From assembly GCA_963782115.1 (NCBI GenBank), contig CAWAIK010000020.1, forward strand, positions 10,137-74,136: DNA of 64,000 bases, given 5' to 3'. Position 1 is the stretch's first letter. Every line of letters starts with the position of its first letter. Below are positions 30,623 to 41,192 of this stretch, piece after piece. Position numbers and translations under genes: made by a program. The notes beneath the pieces were generated by a model. The model searched no databases, was not told the DNA's origin, and was given only the letters and a program-made list of their open reading frames with translations. Source of the stretch: an uncultured Verrucomicrobiae bacterium. GTDB taxonomy: Bacteria; Verrucomicrobiota; Verrucomicrobiia; Chthoniobacterales; JAFAMB01.

Positions 30623-30743
30623 TGGCTCATAAGTGGGATTATCGCTCCCACTTACGAGACGATGCACCGGTATGGCAAAAGCCTTGCCGCCTCCGCCACT
30701 TGTTCGCTGACCCGACGAGCCTGCGATGCGCTTGGTTTGGCGA

Positions 30744-31881
30744 TCAAATGTCGTCCGCCGCGCTACCTTTCCTCGTTAATCCGCGGAGTTTCCCTTCGAT
30801 AAAGGCATCAATTCCTCCGTCCATAACCGATTGAATATTGCTGCTTTCAACCCCGGTGCGATGATCCTTTACCATCTGATACGGTTGGAAGACGTAGGAA
30901 CGGATCTGGTTTCCCCAAGCGATATCCCCCTTCTCCCCGTATTGACGATCCAGTTCGGCCCGTTTTCTGTCTTGCTCGATCTGATAAATTTTGGCCTTCA
31001 GCATGTTCAACGCCATCTGACGATTTCTACCCTGGCTCCGTTCGGCTTGGCACGCGACCACGATCCCGGTTGGGAGATGGGTAATTCGGACGGCGGTCTC
31101 AACTTTGTTAACGTTCTGACCGCCCTTACCGCCGCTCCGGAAAGTATCGATAGAGAGGTCTTTTTCGTTTATCTCGACCTCCACATCTTCCTTCAATTCC
31201 GGGACCGCATCGACGCTGGCAAAGGAAGTATGACGGCGTTTGTTCGCGTCAAAGGGAGAAATTCTCACAAGACGATGCACCCCCCGCTCAGTCTGAACAT
31301 GACCATACGCGTACTCGCCGCTGACAAGCACGGTGACCGACTTGATACCGGCTTCGTCACCTTCCTGGATATCGATAATCTGGCTCTTGAATCCGTTACG
31401 CTCGATCCAGCGTTGATACATGCGAAAAAGCATATCCGCCCAGTCGCAAGATTCTGTGCCACCTGCGCCGGCATGAATCGTCAAGAAGGCATTGTTCTTA
31501 TCAAATTCGCCGGAAAGGAGCATCTTCAGTTCGAAGTTTTCCAGCTCTTTTAAGACGGTTGAATACTCCTTTTCAACCTCGTGAAAGGCAGTTAACTGAG
31601 CATCAGGTTCTTTTTCCTCCTCCGCGAGCGATCGCAGGACTTCGAGATCATCTGTCTTCTGGATAAGAGCCTCCAGCGGATGGACCTTCGCGCGAAGAGC
31701 GGAAGCCTTGTCGATGTTGGCCTGGGCGCGCTCTTTGTTGTTCCAAAAATCTGCTGCCGTCATCTGCTGCTCGAGTTCGAGAAGCTGCGATAGTAGCTTT
31801 GGGTAGTCAAAGGTACCTCCGCAGTTCTCCGATCCGAGATTTTAATTCGTCGGTCTGAATGGCCTGAAAATCGATTTCCAT
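30744..31881 (-). CDS. prfB: peptide chain release factor 2, with canonical programmed +1 frameshift
   Basis: The zero frame is ATG(31881) [27 protein letters not shown]. The +1 frame continues [24 protein letters not shown]...SPF...[20 protein letters not shown] (GGQ motif). Confidence 0.95.
31806..31812 (-). promoter_or_regulatory. RF2 autoregulatory +1 frameshift site CTT TGA C
   Basis: The minus strand reads GGAGG-TAC-CTT-TGA-C: an SD-like GGAGG upstream of the slippery CTT and the in-frame TGA, as in the classical prfB recoding site. Confidence 0.9.
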
Positions 31882-31946
31882 AGGACAGAGTTCGGAATGT
31901 AGTCTCCTGCCCCCGAAATAGCATGTGTTTTGTTGCGCAGGCGCAA

Positions 31947-32429
31947 TCAATCGATTTCGTTTCGGAGCGGCTCGAGATCTGGATCAGTTTTTGCCATGGC
32001 TGCAAACCCTGTATCGAGCTGAATTGCGCGCACTAGGCGCTGACGAGCTTCGTCTAGTTTGCCGAGTTGGGCGGCGTAGCATGCAAGGTTGAATTGAATG
32101 GTCCCGCAGTTCGGAAATTTTTCGCCGGCTGGCAACAGAACTTCGTTGGCGAAAACCAAGCCTCGGCTGCGCCGGATCGCATACGCCAGAGCTATCGGCC
32201 AGCTCGGCTCTTCGGGTTCCATTTCCACTAACCGCGTGGCGACGGACTCGGCTTCGTACCATTTCTGCCAGCGCTGGTAGATTTCCAGCCACACCATAAG
32301 AACGGTTGGCAGCTCCTTGGAAGGTTCCGGTAATTCCTCAAGCTCCTGCACGGCTTCCTGGAAAAGAGAGAGTTCGGCAAACCCGGACGCGGCCAGGAGC
32401 CGGCGTTGAAACTGGGGATCAATCGTCAC
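31947..32429 (-). CDS. hypothetical TPR-like helical-repeat protein
   Basis: 160-aa ORF that is helical-repeat-like (…WPIALAYAIRRSRGL…FNLACYAAQLGKLDEARQRLVRAIQLD). No catalytic motif. Confidence 0.45.
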   Translation of the reverse strand: MTIDPQFQRRLLAASGFAELSLFQEAVQELEELPEPSKELPTVLMVWLEIYQRWQKWYEAESVATRLVEMEPEEPSWPIALAYAIRRSRGLVFANEVLLPAGEKFPNCGTIQFNLACYAAQLGKLDEARQRLVRAIQLDTGFAAMAKTDPDLEPLRNEID

Positions 32430-32437
32430 GGCGGCTT

Positions 32438-33733
32438 TCAGATCCAGGTTCCGTTGGGAATCACCGCGTTCTTGGGAATCACGACCACGCCGTCTCGTAT
32501 ACAGTAGTTCGTGCTATCCACATTGGGCGCTTTTCCGTCGGGGGTAATCACCACGTTCTCCCCGATCCGGGCATTTTTATCGATGATCGCGCGATCGATC
32601 ACGGAGTTCCTGCCAATCCCGATCGGCGGGCGTGGGCCTGGATCTCCAAAGAGTTCACTGGCTTCGTCTTCGTAAAAGTCCGCGCCCATGATCACAGAAT
32701 TCCTGATGGTCGCTCCACTTTCAATAATGCTACGGATGCCGATTACCGCCCTTTCAATATGCGCGTCGGAAATGATGCAGCCCTCACCTACGATCGCACG
32801 ACGAAGCGTCGCGGCGTTGACTTTGCTGGCCGGAAGAAATCGGGCGCGGGTGTAAATTGGAGATAAGCGGTCAAAAAAGTTATACGGAGGCACCGTGTCC
32901 GTCAGCGCCAGGTTCGCTTCGAAGAACGCGCGAATCGTGCCGATGTCCTCCCAGTATCCCTGGAAAATGTAGGCCATTACCTTATGTGAATGGAGGGACG
33001 ACGGAATAATATTCTTGCCGAAATCGTCCTCATCATTCTGCAAGCACTCAATCAGGACATTTCGATTGAACACATAGATACCCATCGAACCCTGGAAAAG
33101 CTCAGCGTCTTTCTGCAATCCAAGCTCCGTCAGCAGGGTCGAGGGAATTCGCAGCGCGTTCAGGAGAGCCGGTTCTTTGGGTTTTTCTTCAAATCTAAAA
33201 ATCCGCCGGTTCGAGTCGCTGTGCATGATCCCGAACCAAGAAGCAGCGACGCGGTCGACCGGCGTCGTCGCGAGGGTAATGTCGGCTCCGGTCTCCAGAT
33301 GCTGTCGCAAAAGCAATCGGTAATCCATGCGGTACAGCTGGTCGCCGCTGAGGATCAGATAGAAACTATAGGGGCCTTCGAGAAAGTACCGAAGATTTTG
33401 ACGCACGGCGTCCGCCGTGCCCTGGTACCAGCGCGCTGCTTCCGGCGTCTGCTGGGCGGCGAGTATTTCGACAAAGTTCTTCGAAAAATTATCGAATTTA
33501 TAGCTGGCATTAATATGGCGATTCAGCGAGGTACTGTTGAATTGCGTCAGAACATAAACCCGCCGGAGCCCGGAATTCAGGCAGTTGCTGATCGGTATAT
33601 CGACCAATCGATATTTGCCCGCCAAAGGCACTGCCGGTTTGGCACGATCCTTAGTCAACGGAAACAGACGTGTTCCGGCTCCGCCTCCCATGATGATGGC
33701 GAGAGTTCCGTTCTGAAGGGACGTGGTGTCCAT
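32438..33733 (-). CDS. glgC: glucose-1-phosphate adenylyltransferase
   Basis: 431 aa. [48 protein letters not shown], then C-terminal left-handed beta-helix repeats. Confidence 0.9.
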   Translation of the reverse strand: MDTTSLQNGTLAIIMGGGAGTRLFPLTKDRAKPAVPLAGKYRLVDIPISNCLNSGLRRVYVLTQFNSTSLNRHINASYKFDNFSKNFVEILAAQQTPEAARWYQGTADAVRQNLRYFLEGPYSFYLILSGDQLYRMDYRLLLRQHLETGADITLATTPVDRVAASWFGIMHSDSNRRIFRFEEKPKEPALLNALRIPSTLLTELGLQKDAELFQGSMGIYVFNRNVLIECLQNDEDDFGKNIIPSSLHSHKVMAYIFQGYWEDIGTIRAFFEANLALTDTVPPYNFFDRLSPIYTRARFLPASKVNAATLRRAIVGEGCIISDAHIERAVIGIRSIIESGATIRNSVIMGADFYEDEASELFGDPGPRPPIGIGRNSVIDRAIIDKNARIGENVVITPDGKAPNVDSTNYCIRDGVVVIPKNAVIPNGTWI

Positions 33734-33819
33734 TGTTCACAAAGAAGTTCAGGTGACGCAGTTTGCGCTTTTGCCCATCTTGCAAGGGCGCTATTTCTTT
33801 GTCACGATGGTTTTTATTT

Positions 33820-35670
33820 ATGTGCGGGATAATCGGATATATCGGCAGTTCGGAGGCGACTCCTATCCTACTTGATGGGTTGCGCCGTTTGGAATATCGC
33901 GGCTACGATTCCGCGGGTGTTGCGACGCTGGACAACGGCCAAATGGAACTCCGCAAATGCGCCGGACGAATCGCAAGCCTGGCGCAGCTCGTTCTGACGT
34001 ATCCGACGCACGGTACGGCGGGCATTGGACATACCCGGTGGGCTACGCACGGGCGAGTTACGGACGAAAATGCGCATCCTCATTTGGATCAAAGCGGGAA
34101 ATTGGCCCTCATCCATAACGGGGTGATCGAGAATTTTCAACAGCTGCGGGATCAACTTCTTGGTCAGGGTCATACCTTCCGTTCGGAAACCGACACGGAG
34201 GTGCTGGCTCATTTGATCGGTCATCTCTTTGATAGCACGCCCGGGCCGCGCAATAAAAAAAATCTGCTGCAGGCATTTCGGCTTGCCCTCAAGCAGGTCA
34301 TCGGCACCTACGGGGTCGCGCTCTTTCATGTCGACGTACCGGACGTCCTGCTCGGGGCGCGGCGCGGCAGTCCATTAATTCTAGGCGTTGGCAAAGGTCA
34401 GAACTTTATCGTGAGCGACGTCAGCGCGATCGTAGCCCATACGAGAGATGTTGTTTATCTGGATGACTACGATGTGGTCGCAATCGAGCGGGATGAGTTC
34501 GACATCCTCTCTCTTGCAGGAGCCGACGCTTCATTCCAGGTGAGCAAGGTTGAGTTCTCGACCGAAGACGTCGACAGGGGAACTTATCCCCATTTCATGC
34601 TCAAGGAAATTTTTGAGCAACCGAATGCCATTCGGGATGCGATGCGCGGCCGCCTCTCCATCGAAGAGTGCACAGCCAAGCTGGGTGGACTCAATATGTC
34701 GTCGCGGGAATTGCGAGACGTCGACCGAATCGTTCTGACCGCTTGCGGAACTGCTCTCCACGCCGCGCGAGTCGGTGAATGTCTGATTGAAAGTCTCGCT
34801 CACATCCCGACCGAGGTCGAGTTTGCCAGCGAATTTCGGTACCGCAACATGCCGATGAACAAAGATACGCTGGTGTTCGCGATCAGCCAGAGCGGGGAAA
34901 CAATCGATACCTTGGCGGCCTTGCGCGAAAGCAAACGGAAGGGACATCGGACACTGGGCATTTGCAACAGCGTCGGCAGCACCATCGCCCGTGAAAGCGA
35001 TGGCGGCGTTTATATGCACGCCGGTCCGGAGATCGGAGTCGCCGCGACCAAGAGCTTTACCTCACAGGTGATCATTCTGACATTGCTCGCCCTTTTATTG
35101 GGACGCATCCGGAATCTGTCGAGTGCTCAGGGGATTGAAGTGATTTCCGCCCTCGAGACCCTCCCGAATCTAGCCCGTCAAATTCTCGATCAGAGCGAAG
35201 ATATCGAAAGGCTGGCGGAGAAATATATGGGTCCAGCGGGTTTTTTGTTTTTTGGCCGTCAGTATAACTATCCGATGGCGTTGGAAGGGGCTCTCAAGCT
35301 AAAGGAGATCACTTATAAGTTCGCTGAAGGTCATCCGAGCGCCGAGCTCAAGCATGGCGTCATTGCATTAATCGGACCGGACGTCCCATCCATTATGATC
35401 GCTCCGGATGACGCGGTGTATGAGAAGAACCTCAATAGCATCGAGCAAATTAAAGCTCGCAAAGGGCCCGTGATTGCCATCGCCACGGAAGGCAGAAAAC
35501 AAATCGCCCACCTCGCTGACGACGTGATCTGTATTCCAAAATGTCCTGATTACATTTCTCCGGTCCTCGCTGCGATTCCGCTCCAGCTTTTTGCCTATTA
35601 TCTGGCGGTAAAGTTAGGATGCGACGTGGATAAGCCGCGCAATCTGGCTAAGAGCGTGACGGTCGAATAA
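33820..35670 (+). CDS. glmS: glutamine--fructose-6-phosphate aminotransferase (isomerising)
   Basis: From ATG at 33820: MCGIIGYIG (N-terminal catalytic Cys), GIGHTRWATHG, two SIS domains (ISQSGETIDT...), C-terminal DKPRNLAKSVTVE. Confidence 0.95.
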   Translation: MCGIIGYIGSSEATPILLDGLRRLEYRGYDSAGVATLDNGQMELRKCAGRIASLAQLVLTYPTHGTAGIGHTRWATHGRVTDENAHPHLDQSGKLALIHNGVIENFQQLRDQLLGQGHTFRSETDTEVLAHLIGHLFDSTPGPRNKKNLLQAFRLALKQVIGTYGVALFHVDVPDVLLGARRGSPLILGVGKGQNFIVSDVSAIVAHTRDVVYLDDYDVVAIERDEFDILSLAGADASFQVSKVEFSTEDVDRGTYPHFMLKEIFEQPNAIRDAMRGRLSIEECTAKLGGLNMSSRELRDVDRIVLTACGTALHAARVGECLIESLAHIPTEVEFASEFRYRNMPMNKDTLVFAISQSGETIDTLAALRESKRKGHRTLGICNSVGSTIARESDGGVYMHAGPEIGVAATKSFTSQVIILTLLALLLGRIRNLSSAQGIEVISALETLPNLARQILDQSEDIERLAEKYMGPAGFLFFGRQYNYPMALEGALKLKEITYKFAEGHPSAELKHGVIALIGPDVPSIMIAPDDAVYEKNLNSIEQIKARKGPVIAIATEGRKQIAHLADDVICIPKCPDYISPVLAAIPLQLFAYYLAVKLGCDVDKPRNLAKSVTVE

Positions 35671-35671
35671 G

Positions 35672-36451
35672 GATCGCCTGAGCGCCCTCGGCGCCGAGGT
35701 GGTCGAGGGCGATTTCCTCGACTTCCATTCCGTCGAGCGGGCCGTGCGGGGCGTTTCATCCGTCTATTTCGCTTACCCCGTCCAGGCCGGGCTGCTCGAC
35801 GCCACCGTGATCATGGCCGATGCCGCGCGCAAGGCCGGCGTCACCCGCCTCATCGATATGGTGATGCTGATATCGTCTCCGGACGCGCCGACACCCCGCA
35901 TGCGGCAAAACTATCTCTCTGAGCAGATCTTCGAGTGGGCCGGGGTAGGCGCGGCGCATGTCAGGGCCACCGTGTTTTACGAGAACGTTCGCTCTCTGAC
36001 CGGCTCGAACCTCGCTAAGGACGGGACGATCTTGCTACCCTGGGGCAGCGAGAACACGGTCATTCCAATGGTCTCGGGCGAGGACGTCGCGCGCGTCGCC
36101 GCCGGTGTGCTGACTGCCTCTTCAGTGCCCCCTGGCAGTTCTTACCCGGTGATCGGCGAGGTGCTTGCCCTTCGGGACATTGTCGCAATCTTCAGCCGGG
36201 TCCTCGGCCGGGAGGTGCGCTACCACCAAATCCCGGACGAGCTTTGGTACGACGGGGCTCTGCAGCGGGGCCTTAATCAGCACGCGGTCGAGCATCTGTC
36301 ACAGCTCTGGCGGTCGATCCGCACCACGCCCACCAGTTCGGCGACATGGGAGTCGACCGCCACAATTGCAACATTCTGCGGCAGAAAGCCCAAGACTTTC
36401 GAGGAATTCGTGCGCGAGGAGCAAAGCGCCTTTAACGGATCCAGCCAGTAG
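35672..36451 (+). pseudogene. NmrA-like NAD(P)-binding protein, 5'-truncated (Rossmann GxxGxxG part missing)
   Basis: The reading frame is open from 2 nt after the glmS stop: DRLSALGAEVVEGDFLDFHSVERAV.GVSSVYF... This corresponds to roughly residue 45 onward of NmrA-type proteins. GC is markedly higher than in glmS. Confidence 0.55.
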
Positions 36452-36454
36452 GAG

Positions 36455-36720
36455 TCGTTCGTCCCGGAATTTTCGGAGTTCGGGTCGGAGTATGTTAACC
36501 ATAATCGAGATTGGTGACGGCTGCTCCTTCGAAGTGCAATAGCTCCATGATCGTGGCGGTATAGCGGGCGTGATCGGAAAAATGGCCGCGGACTTATAAG
36601 GATGCGGTCGAAGCGATCGGTCTCAATCTTGAAGGGCAACTTGACAAGCTCGGGATCAGCCTCGAGCTGTTTCCAGCGAGAGAGATGCTGCTCGCGTCTG
36701 GGCTGAAGGTCAACCTGCAT
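36455..36720 (-). pseudogene. Uma2-family (DUF820) endonuclease remnant
   Basis: N-terminus ...RWKQLEADPELVKLPFKIETDRFDRILISP resembles the Uma2 N-terminal region. Later ...SDPNSENSGTNDSYWLDP resembles a compressed SPSN...EYWLVDP C-terminal region. Too short and gapped to be functional. Confidence 0.3.
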
Positions 36721-37115
36721 TAGATGGGTCTAAGGTTTAGGTGGGTTCGTCAGCGTGAGCAAATCCAAGGATCACCCGGTCAGATTCAGACGAAATGCCC
36801 TGAGGCAATCTAACAGTCCACCGTCGTTCTACATCATCGACACGCAATTTGATAACAGCGTCGCACGGGGGATGCTCGGCACCCTCGCGCAAAATCAAAA
36901 AATCTGGGCCTAATTCAGCTACGCGAAGCCAATTCCCGTCGATGAAAAGACCAATGGAGACGTCAGCGGAGTGCCCGCAGTTCATATTGTCTATAGTTTG
37001 GCTCCTCCGGCGGCTTTCGTCGCCTTCTTTCACTTCCTTCATGGAGGCGGTGGCATTGACGAATGTTCTTCCTCGCTGACAGAGAAAGCGTAAAAACCAC
37101 AAACGACGGATTTGA

Positions 37116-37592
37116 CTAGCACCGCGCTATGATCTGGCGTGCTGTGTTGAGTACGATCCCAGCGTTTTCCATTCCGGATGCGATGCGTCTCAGTGAAGAC
37201 TCAAGTAGGTCCAATTCCCCAGCATCAAAGGACTGGGAGGCATATTTGTCGTGACGCCAGCTGCGGATATTTGCCAAGTGCAATTGGGCCATAAGTTGAG
37301 CGGGCTTTTCGAGGACGGGTCCAGAACTGTAAATCACTCTCCAACCAGCTTGTTTCACGCATGATTCGAGAACGGCACCCACTTGCAGTTTTTGTCCATA
37401 GTGCTCCTGGAGCTGACCTACAAGTTCATAGTAGCGGATGAGAGACGGGTTTTCGCTCTCCAGTGATTCCGTTTCGTGAATCAGCAAAAATGCGCCGGGT
37501 TGTGCGATTTGCTTCCAGTTGGCTAGCACCTCCCCAAATGTGTAGTTGGTTCTGGTCATCGCTTGACATATGTTCTCATCCCGCTTTTTCAA
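37116..37592 (-). pseudogene. class I SAM-dependent methyltransferase, C-terminal fragment
   Basis: ...TFGEVLANWKQIAQPGAFLLIHE... (post-motif-II/III region). It has no SAM-binding motif I of its own. Confidence 0.4.
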
Positions 37593-37924
37593 CCCTCATC
37601 GAGGAGCTGTGCGACCGAGTCAACTATTCGAAAACCAAGAGGGTGCCCGAAGTCCGAATTCTGCTAACCAAAGGAGATATCTCTTTATATGAGTCATTGT
37701 ATTAAGAAACATCAGATACTAGTTCGCGTGATGATCGGCCAGGATGTGCCAGCCGTCCACCGGCTTCTCAATCAGTTAGGCGCTCCCGAGTCAACGGTTG
37801 AAGACGTGCGGACCATCTGCTCGATGGCTGGAAGCCTGGAGCGCTGTATTGCGGATCACCTCGTCCTAGTGCGCCGCCGTCTTGAGGCTTGGCTGGAAAG
37901 CAAAGGCGTCCTCTAAAAGTAAAC

Positions 37925-38197
37925 GTCAGAGCAAACCCCCTATTTTTTTGACGCGCTTGTGAGCCCACAGCAGCAAGTACCAGCTCGTGAACGACATCGG
38001 TCCTTTCACAAGGTCGGCTTCCAGGCGAGAGACGCCAATCCGCACCTGCGGCCAACCATAGCAGCCGAAGGGTCCAGGCCCCAGCCGGCACAGCCCGTTC
38101 TTTCACAAAGAGCGCGGAAGTAATTACCCGTGCCGCATCCCAGCTCCAAAATGCACGAGTCGGCCCGGACGCCACTATCGGCGACCAAGGCGTCCAA
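37925..38197 (-). pseudogene. class I SAM-dependent methyltransferase, N-terminal fragment with frame break
   Basis: ...SCILELGCGTGNYFRAL...GLDPSAAMV (motif I), then a frame change to ...RIGVSRLEADLVKGPMSFTSWYLLLWAHKRV. It is separated from the C-terminal fragment by ~330 bp of unrelated sequence. Confidence 0.45.
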
Positions 38198-38261
38198 CAG
38201 TTGTGGATAGGCGGCAGAAGAGACTTGAGAAGAGCGACGCCCGTGTGGTATAGGGCTTCGG

Positions 38262-38801
38262 ATGTGGTTTGCCGTAGAATGCTACTTTGACTCGACAACT
38301 GAAACTGGAATTCGGAAACTTTGGACTGACCTTGCCGCTGCAAATATAAACTCTCGAATGATCGAGGCCGGCGCGCGACCTCATATCAGCCTAACTGTTG
38401 CCGATTGCGACGTGCCCGCAGCACTGATTGGACGACTTGAAGAATTCGTCGCGGCACAAACTAGGTTTCGAATTAGGTTCGGATCTTTTGGTCTGTTTCC
38501 AAACGACCGCGGTGTAATGTTCTTCGCACCGCAGGCGTCGGTCGAACTCATTAACCTGCAGATTGACTGGTCTGCGGAGATCCTGCCGCTACATCTTCCT
38601 GTCTGGGAGTTTTATGGCGCACGGGACTGGACCCCGCACTGCACGGTGGCGATCGGTCTCAACCCAGACCGATTAAACGATGCACTTAGCGTCTGTAAAA
38701 CGATGGAGTTCCCGTTGGAGGCGGAAATATGTGAGATCGGTCTGATAAGAAGCCCGCCACGCGAAGACGTTGTCAGCTTTGCCCTCCCAGAAAACCTCTA
38801 G
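38262..38801 (+). CDS. 2H phosphoesterase (LigT/2'-5' RNA ligase-like) superfamily protein
   Basis: 179 aa with two HxS/T motifs in the expected spacing: ARPHISLTV and WTPHCTVAI. GTG start. Confidence 0.55.
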   Translation: MWFAVECYFDSTTETGIRKLWTDLAAANINSRMIEAGARPHISLTVADCDVPAALIGRLEEFVAAQTRFRIRFGSFGLFPNDRGVMFFAPQASVELINLQIDWSAEILPLHLPVWEFYGARDWTPHCTVAIGLNPDRLNDALSVCKTMEFPLEAEICEIGLIRSPPREDVVSFALPENL

Positions 38802-39123
38802 AGCCTTCATGAAAGCGTGCGGGTCAGGCGAAGGTCGGCTTCACTTGGCGACGTGTCCCCACTTACGCCCCTAGCGGCACAATCTATGCTTGACTAGACC
38901 GCTGCGCGCTATGCAGTAGCGCGACATCGGAAGTATCCGTCTGTCTAACCACATACTCGACTCTGAACGGTCGGCATTTTGACGCGTTTTCGTGCGCAAC
39001 TCCTATACCCAGATTCCGAGGTTTGTCGCGGGAAACACTCCGCAGGCCTATGTTGTAATACCGACAGAAGCAATCAACCGCTGCAGCTGCTCCTCGGGCA
39101 AAAACCCGCGCGAAGCGTCGCTC

Positions 39124-39729
39124 TCACCTATTTTTGTAGGCGGCGAATACCGTCGCTTTCCGCAAGACCGGCAGCTTTTCATGGCTCATAAACACTATTT
39201 CGGCTGCGTCATATTCTCGACTGCCTTCGCAAACTGTTTGCAGGTCGGTTGCAACTGTCGCTGATGCAGCCTTCGCCAAAGCCAACATCGGACGTGAAAA
39301 GTCGACATTGGTCATGACGGCGGCTCTGCACCCTTGAAGCGCCTGTCTGAAAAGCTCCAGTGGATAAACCCGTTTCCCGACATCTTTCAGGTCCGTGTTG
39401 ACCATGCGGCGGCAAGCGCCGTCGAAAATGACGACTGACTGCGGCGTTTCGTCAAGGTTCGAGAGGACGAACTCGTCCGATATGCCGAACCGGGGCATCG
39501 AGTGGCACAGCGCAGTTCCGAGGAAATCGGAGCCGATCATCGACACGAACCGGATGCGATTGACCAGCGTGTAAAGCGCCCGCGCGATGTTGAAACCGAC
39601 GCCGGAAGGTTGACTCCTGATTTCGAGCGGATCATAGGAGACTGGCTCGTAGTCCAAGGGGAACACTGTGATGGGTAACGTCGTCTCTAGGTTGATGGTG
39701 CCGCAGACCAGAATGTCCTTGCTTGCCAT
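39124..39729 (-). pseudogene. PfkB/ribokinase-family carbohydrate kinase, 3'-truncated
   Basis: MASKDILVCGTINLETT...GVGFNIARAL...: the N-terminal two-thirds of a PfkB fold. The C-terminal ATP-binding/anion-hole part (GAGD) is absent: 201 aa versus ~300. Confidence 0.5.
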
Positions 39730-39984
39730 GGTCTAAAATCCTCCCCGTCTCTCAAGTAGTCCAGGAACTAAACAAAGCGACTGATCGGACCTAAAAGCTG
39801 TTGCAATGATTGGTGATGCGTTTCGGCCTAAAGAGGTTTTAAGACGACCCCACTGTCTGAACAGTCATACATCTGTCTTTGGCGGGCGTCGAAGGTTTGC
39901 GAAGCAGTTTGGACGCTATGGGCGCGTCTTTTTTCGATGTAGTCATTATAGATCACCACCTTCCGCTTATCTGGAAATACAATA

Positions 39985-40009
39985 TTCACCTTAAGGGTGA
40001 AAAGGTGAA
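39985..40009. promoter_or_regulatory. candidate operator: three TTCACC/GGTGAA half-sites abutting a TTGACA hexamer
   Basis: TTCACCTTAAGGGTGAAAAGGTGAA, followed by TTGACA (40010-40015). Located immediately upstream of the Xre-ImmA gene in an AT-rich spacer. Function is inferred only. Confidence 0.25.
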
Positions 40010-40036
40010 TTGACAAACCCTATCGCTCTGTCATAG

Positions 40037-41179
40037 GTGAAGAGGATGGGCCCCGAACCTCTCTTGCAGATGAGCGAAGCTAAGCCGAAACCCCCTGGGG
40101 AGTTTATTCGCGCTGAGTTAGAAGCGCGTGGGTGGGCACAGGCTGACCTGGCTAGAATCGTCAACAGACCGGTGCAAGCGATAAACGAAATGATTCAGGG
40201 AAAAAAAGCTGTTACTCCAGAAACCGCTGTCGCGTTGGGCATCGCTTTCGAAACCGGGCCGGGAATATGGATGACACGTGAGAGCGCCTACCGTCTGTCA
40301 TTAGTGGAACGGCACGACCCCGAAATTCAGCGGCGGGCCAAATTATTCGATTTCGCTCCTGTGAAGGACATGGAAAAGCGCGGGTGGATTAAAGAGACGA
40401 ATAATCCAGGAGCACTAGAGCGCGAGCTTTGCCGTTTTTTCAACGTGGCATCACTTGACGAAGAGCCGAAATTTCATGCTGCGGCACGACAGACCGTAAA
40501 ATGGAGTGATTTAAATGCTGCTCAAAAAGCTTGGTGCATCCGTGGTGCAAAACTTGCAAGCGTACTTAAAGCCGATCCGTACAAGCCGTCCAACTTCGAG
40601 GCTGGGATGACACGTGTTCGTCAACTCGCGGATTTTCCAGAAAAGGTTCGACATGTGCCGAGAGTGCTAGCGGAAATTGGAATTCGTGTGGCTGTGATAG
40701 AACCACTGCCACACACCCGAATTGACGGTGCCGCGTTTTGGCTGAGTGACGATGCGCCCGTCATCGTGCTTTCAATGCGTTACGATCGTATCGACGGATT
40801 TTGGTTTACGCTGGCGCATGAGTTATCGCATATCCGGCATCGCGATACTCAATCAGTGGATTCAGACCTAGTTGGCGAAGCAAAGCAGGCCGCAACGTCA
40901 GAGATGGAGTCACGCGCTGATATGGAAGCAGGGGAGATGTTAATTCCGTCCGACAAGCTGAAATCTTTCATCGGTCGCGTGAAGCCATTTTATTCAAAGG
41001 TTCGGATTAACCAATTTGCGCAACGCATTCGAGTGCATCCAGGGATTATTACCGGTCAATTGCAACACTTGCGCGAGATTAGTTTTGCCACAAATCGAGA
41101 GATGCTTGCGAAGGTCCGTGATTTGCTGATTGCAGTCGCAATCACTGATGGATGGGGCAAGACCGCCCCAATTATTTAA
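40037..41179 (+). CDS. HigA/Xre-type HTH fused to ImmA/IrrE (COG2856) zinc metallopeptidase domain
   Basis: The N-terminus GEFIRAELEARGWAQADLARIVNRPVQAINEMIQGKKAVTPETAVALGIAF is HigA-like HTH. The C-terminal domain has FTLAHELSHIRH (HExxH) and ...EMESRADMEAGEMLIP. The start is uncertain (GTG 40037 or ATG 40049/40070). Confidence 0.8.
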   Translation: MKRMGPEPLLQMSEAKPKPPGEFIRAELEARGWAQADLARIVNRPVQAINEMIQGKKAVTPETAVALGIAFETGPGIWMTRESAYRLSLVERHDPEIQRRAKLFDFAPVKDMEKRGWIKETNNPGALERELCRFFNVASLDEEPKFHAAARQTVKWSDLNAAQKAWCIRGAKLASVLKADPYKPSNFEAGMTRVRQLADFPEKVRHVPRVLAEIGIRVAVIEPLPHTRIDGAAFWLSDDAPVIVLSMRYDRIDGFWFTLAHELSHIRHRDTQSVDSDLVGEAKQAATSEMESRADMEAGEMLIPSDKLKSFIGRVKPFYSKVRINQFAQRIRVHPGIITGQLQHLREISFATNREMLAKVRDLLIAVAITDGWGKTAPII

Positions 41180-41192
41180 TTAGAACAAACAT

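Noticed and set aside
31763-31881. Apparent frame break at the 5' end of prfB
   Set aside because: It is not a pseudogene. The break is the canonical RF2 programmed +1 frameshift (SD-like GGAGG, CTT TGA C), and both parts read through perfectly.
33734-33819. glmS ribozyme/riboswitch upstream of glmS
   Set aside because: Only ~86 nt separate glgC's start region from the glmS ATG, and I could not recognise the conserved glmS ribozyme core. That element is characteristic mainly of Gram-positive lineages. An Rfam scan would be decisive.
36737-37102. 121-aa minus-strand ORF in the island (possible PilZ-like?)
   Set aside because: No convincing motif (the RxxxR / DxSxxG of PilZ were not identifiable), and its start is uncertain within a region full of fragments. 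It is left unannotated.
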